A stretch of DNA of 64,000 nt, taken from positions 378,118,292 through 378,182,291 of the forward strand of contig NC_058130.1 of the NCBI RefSeq assembly GCF_016433145.1, given 5' to 3'. The notes beneath the pieces were generated by a model that worked only from the letters and a program-made list of their open reading frames with translations, made no database searches and was not told where the DNA came from. This document shows positions 62,827 to 64,000 of the stretch, one piece after another; positions within the stretch are counted from its first letter, which is position 1; each line of letters opens with the position of its first letter. This stretch comes from Gracilinanus agilis (Eukaryota). A program made the translations under genes and the position numbers.

Positions 62827-63270
62827 TGGCTTTCGTCATTTGTCCCCATTTCTCCATCACTACCTTAGCTAATTGGGTGGAATTCTAATCAGAGAAAAGG
62901 CATTAATCTATATAATATCCAACCCAGATTAGTTTCCAAATAAACATTTCAGAGAGATTTTGAAAGCATTCTTCTTTCTAAAATATTTCAGATTGGGGTT
63001 GGGGTTGGGACTGGGGAACAGAGGACAGCTCTGGAAACTAGAAGAAATTGTTCAGAGGAGTCTTAGAGAAAAATGAGCTAATAAAAACCTATTACCATTT
63101 TTCAAGGGAGGGTTACAGTCCTTCTTTTCTTCATTTTATTTCTTTGTTAAGGGTATGTAGGGTGTTCCAGGAGGACTAGCCAAGTCTTAAACTTACCATT
63201 TTGTGTCCACCTTTTTTACTCAATTTTTTCTGTTGTTCCAAGAAACTGTAGCATTTGAAGAGGCCACAGC
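62827..63270 (-). other. Candidate pair of coding exons of an unidentified host gene (63197-63270 and 62827-62884)
   Basis: Both have GTAAGT donors and T-rich AG acceptors, one open frame each, phase-compatible: xCGLFKCYSFLEQQKKLSKKGGHKM + NSTQLAKVVMEKWGQMTKA. Confidence 0.3.
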
Positions 63271-63279
63271 CTAGTAAAA

Positions 63280-63662
63280 ATTATCTGGGTAGATGGACTA
63301 AACCAGGCTGAGGGTAAACAACAGGCTTCAAACCTGTCCATGAGTAAGGACCATGAGTGTTCCAATCATGTGAAGACTCCTTCCAGTGAAATGAGAGGAT
63401 GAGAACAGTTTGTTCCAATAGCCATGAAAGTCGCTGAGGAGAGCTGAGAGTTTGGTCAGATAACAAAAAAGCCAAGATCATCCATTCATCCCAGGCCATT
63501 GCCAGTAATGCTGATTTTTGTCCTGCCACTGGGCTTTGATGATTCTGGAAGAGAGAGTGAGGCTGATGACAATGCAATTTGGTCTCACTTCAATCCAATT
63601 CACAGGAAAGTTAAGACATCACCATATGGTGTCAACGATCCTTTTTGAATAGGAGGATGAAA
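63280..63662 (-). mobile_element. WALLSI-type RTE-mobilised SINE
   Basis: AGCCAAGATCATCCA-T-CATCCCAGGCCATTGCCAG...GAGAGAGTGAGGCTGATGAC...CTCACTT-AATCCAATTCAC. Confidence 0.75.
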
Positions 63663-64000
63663 AATTCATTTCTTTGCCAATGAATAAATATTTTGAGCAA
63701 GTGAAATCTTGTTTCCTTATTGCTTTTGGTCATTCATTGACTCTGTCTCTGGGTGGACTTCTGGCTAGTCCTATTTTACATTGTGAAGCAGTGGGCCAAT
63801 TGTCAAGTATTCTATTTCAAGTCAATCAAATAATGGAAGTTGAGGTCAGAAACAACTTTAGCATTTTTTTAAAAAGTCTACTATTATATTTATTCTTTAA
63901 AAATGAAATAAAAGCTAAAACAGAAAAAAGGATAAAGAATCTTTTTAAATGGCCTTCTTCAGCAGAGCATATGTTTGCCCTAAGTCCTATGCTAGTTATT

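Noticed and set aside
1-64000. CRISPR arrays, rRNA, true tRNA genes, prokaryotic operons
   Set aside because: None seen; tRNA-like A/B boxes all belong to SINE heads and the window is mammalian repeat-rich DNA.

Overview
AT-rich, repeat-dense marsupial genomic DNA. The SINE1_Mdo/MAR1/WALLSI/L1 repeat set points to an opossum such as Monodelphis; this species call is inferred from repeat recognition only. No intact protein-coding gene is identifiable. Main contents: (i) a full-length processed pseudogene of alpha-tubulin TUBA1B (7409-9376, 13-bp TSD) with a LINE endonuclease fragment inside its 3' UTR; (ii) a ~9.5-kb decayed class I (gamma/epsilon-like), apparently env-less endogenous retrovirus on the minus strand (41990-51526), sitting in the ORF1-ORF2 spacer of an L1; (iii) several solo LTRs, hAT MITEs, L1/L2/L3 fragments and many SINEs. 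The ERV is the most unusual object. Its reconstructed Gag starts with a signal-peptide/transmembrane-like leader instead of a myristoylated matrix domain. About 495 extra codons lie between the NC zinc knuckle and the protease active site, and they include a near-canonical PAM2 (PABP-binding) motif. Its distal LTR is a truncated INVERTED copy, and it is flanked by a ~190-bp direct duplication of host L1 DNA rather than a 4-6 bp TSD. All alignments and identities were done by eye; no database searches were run.
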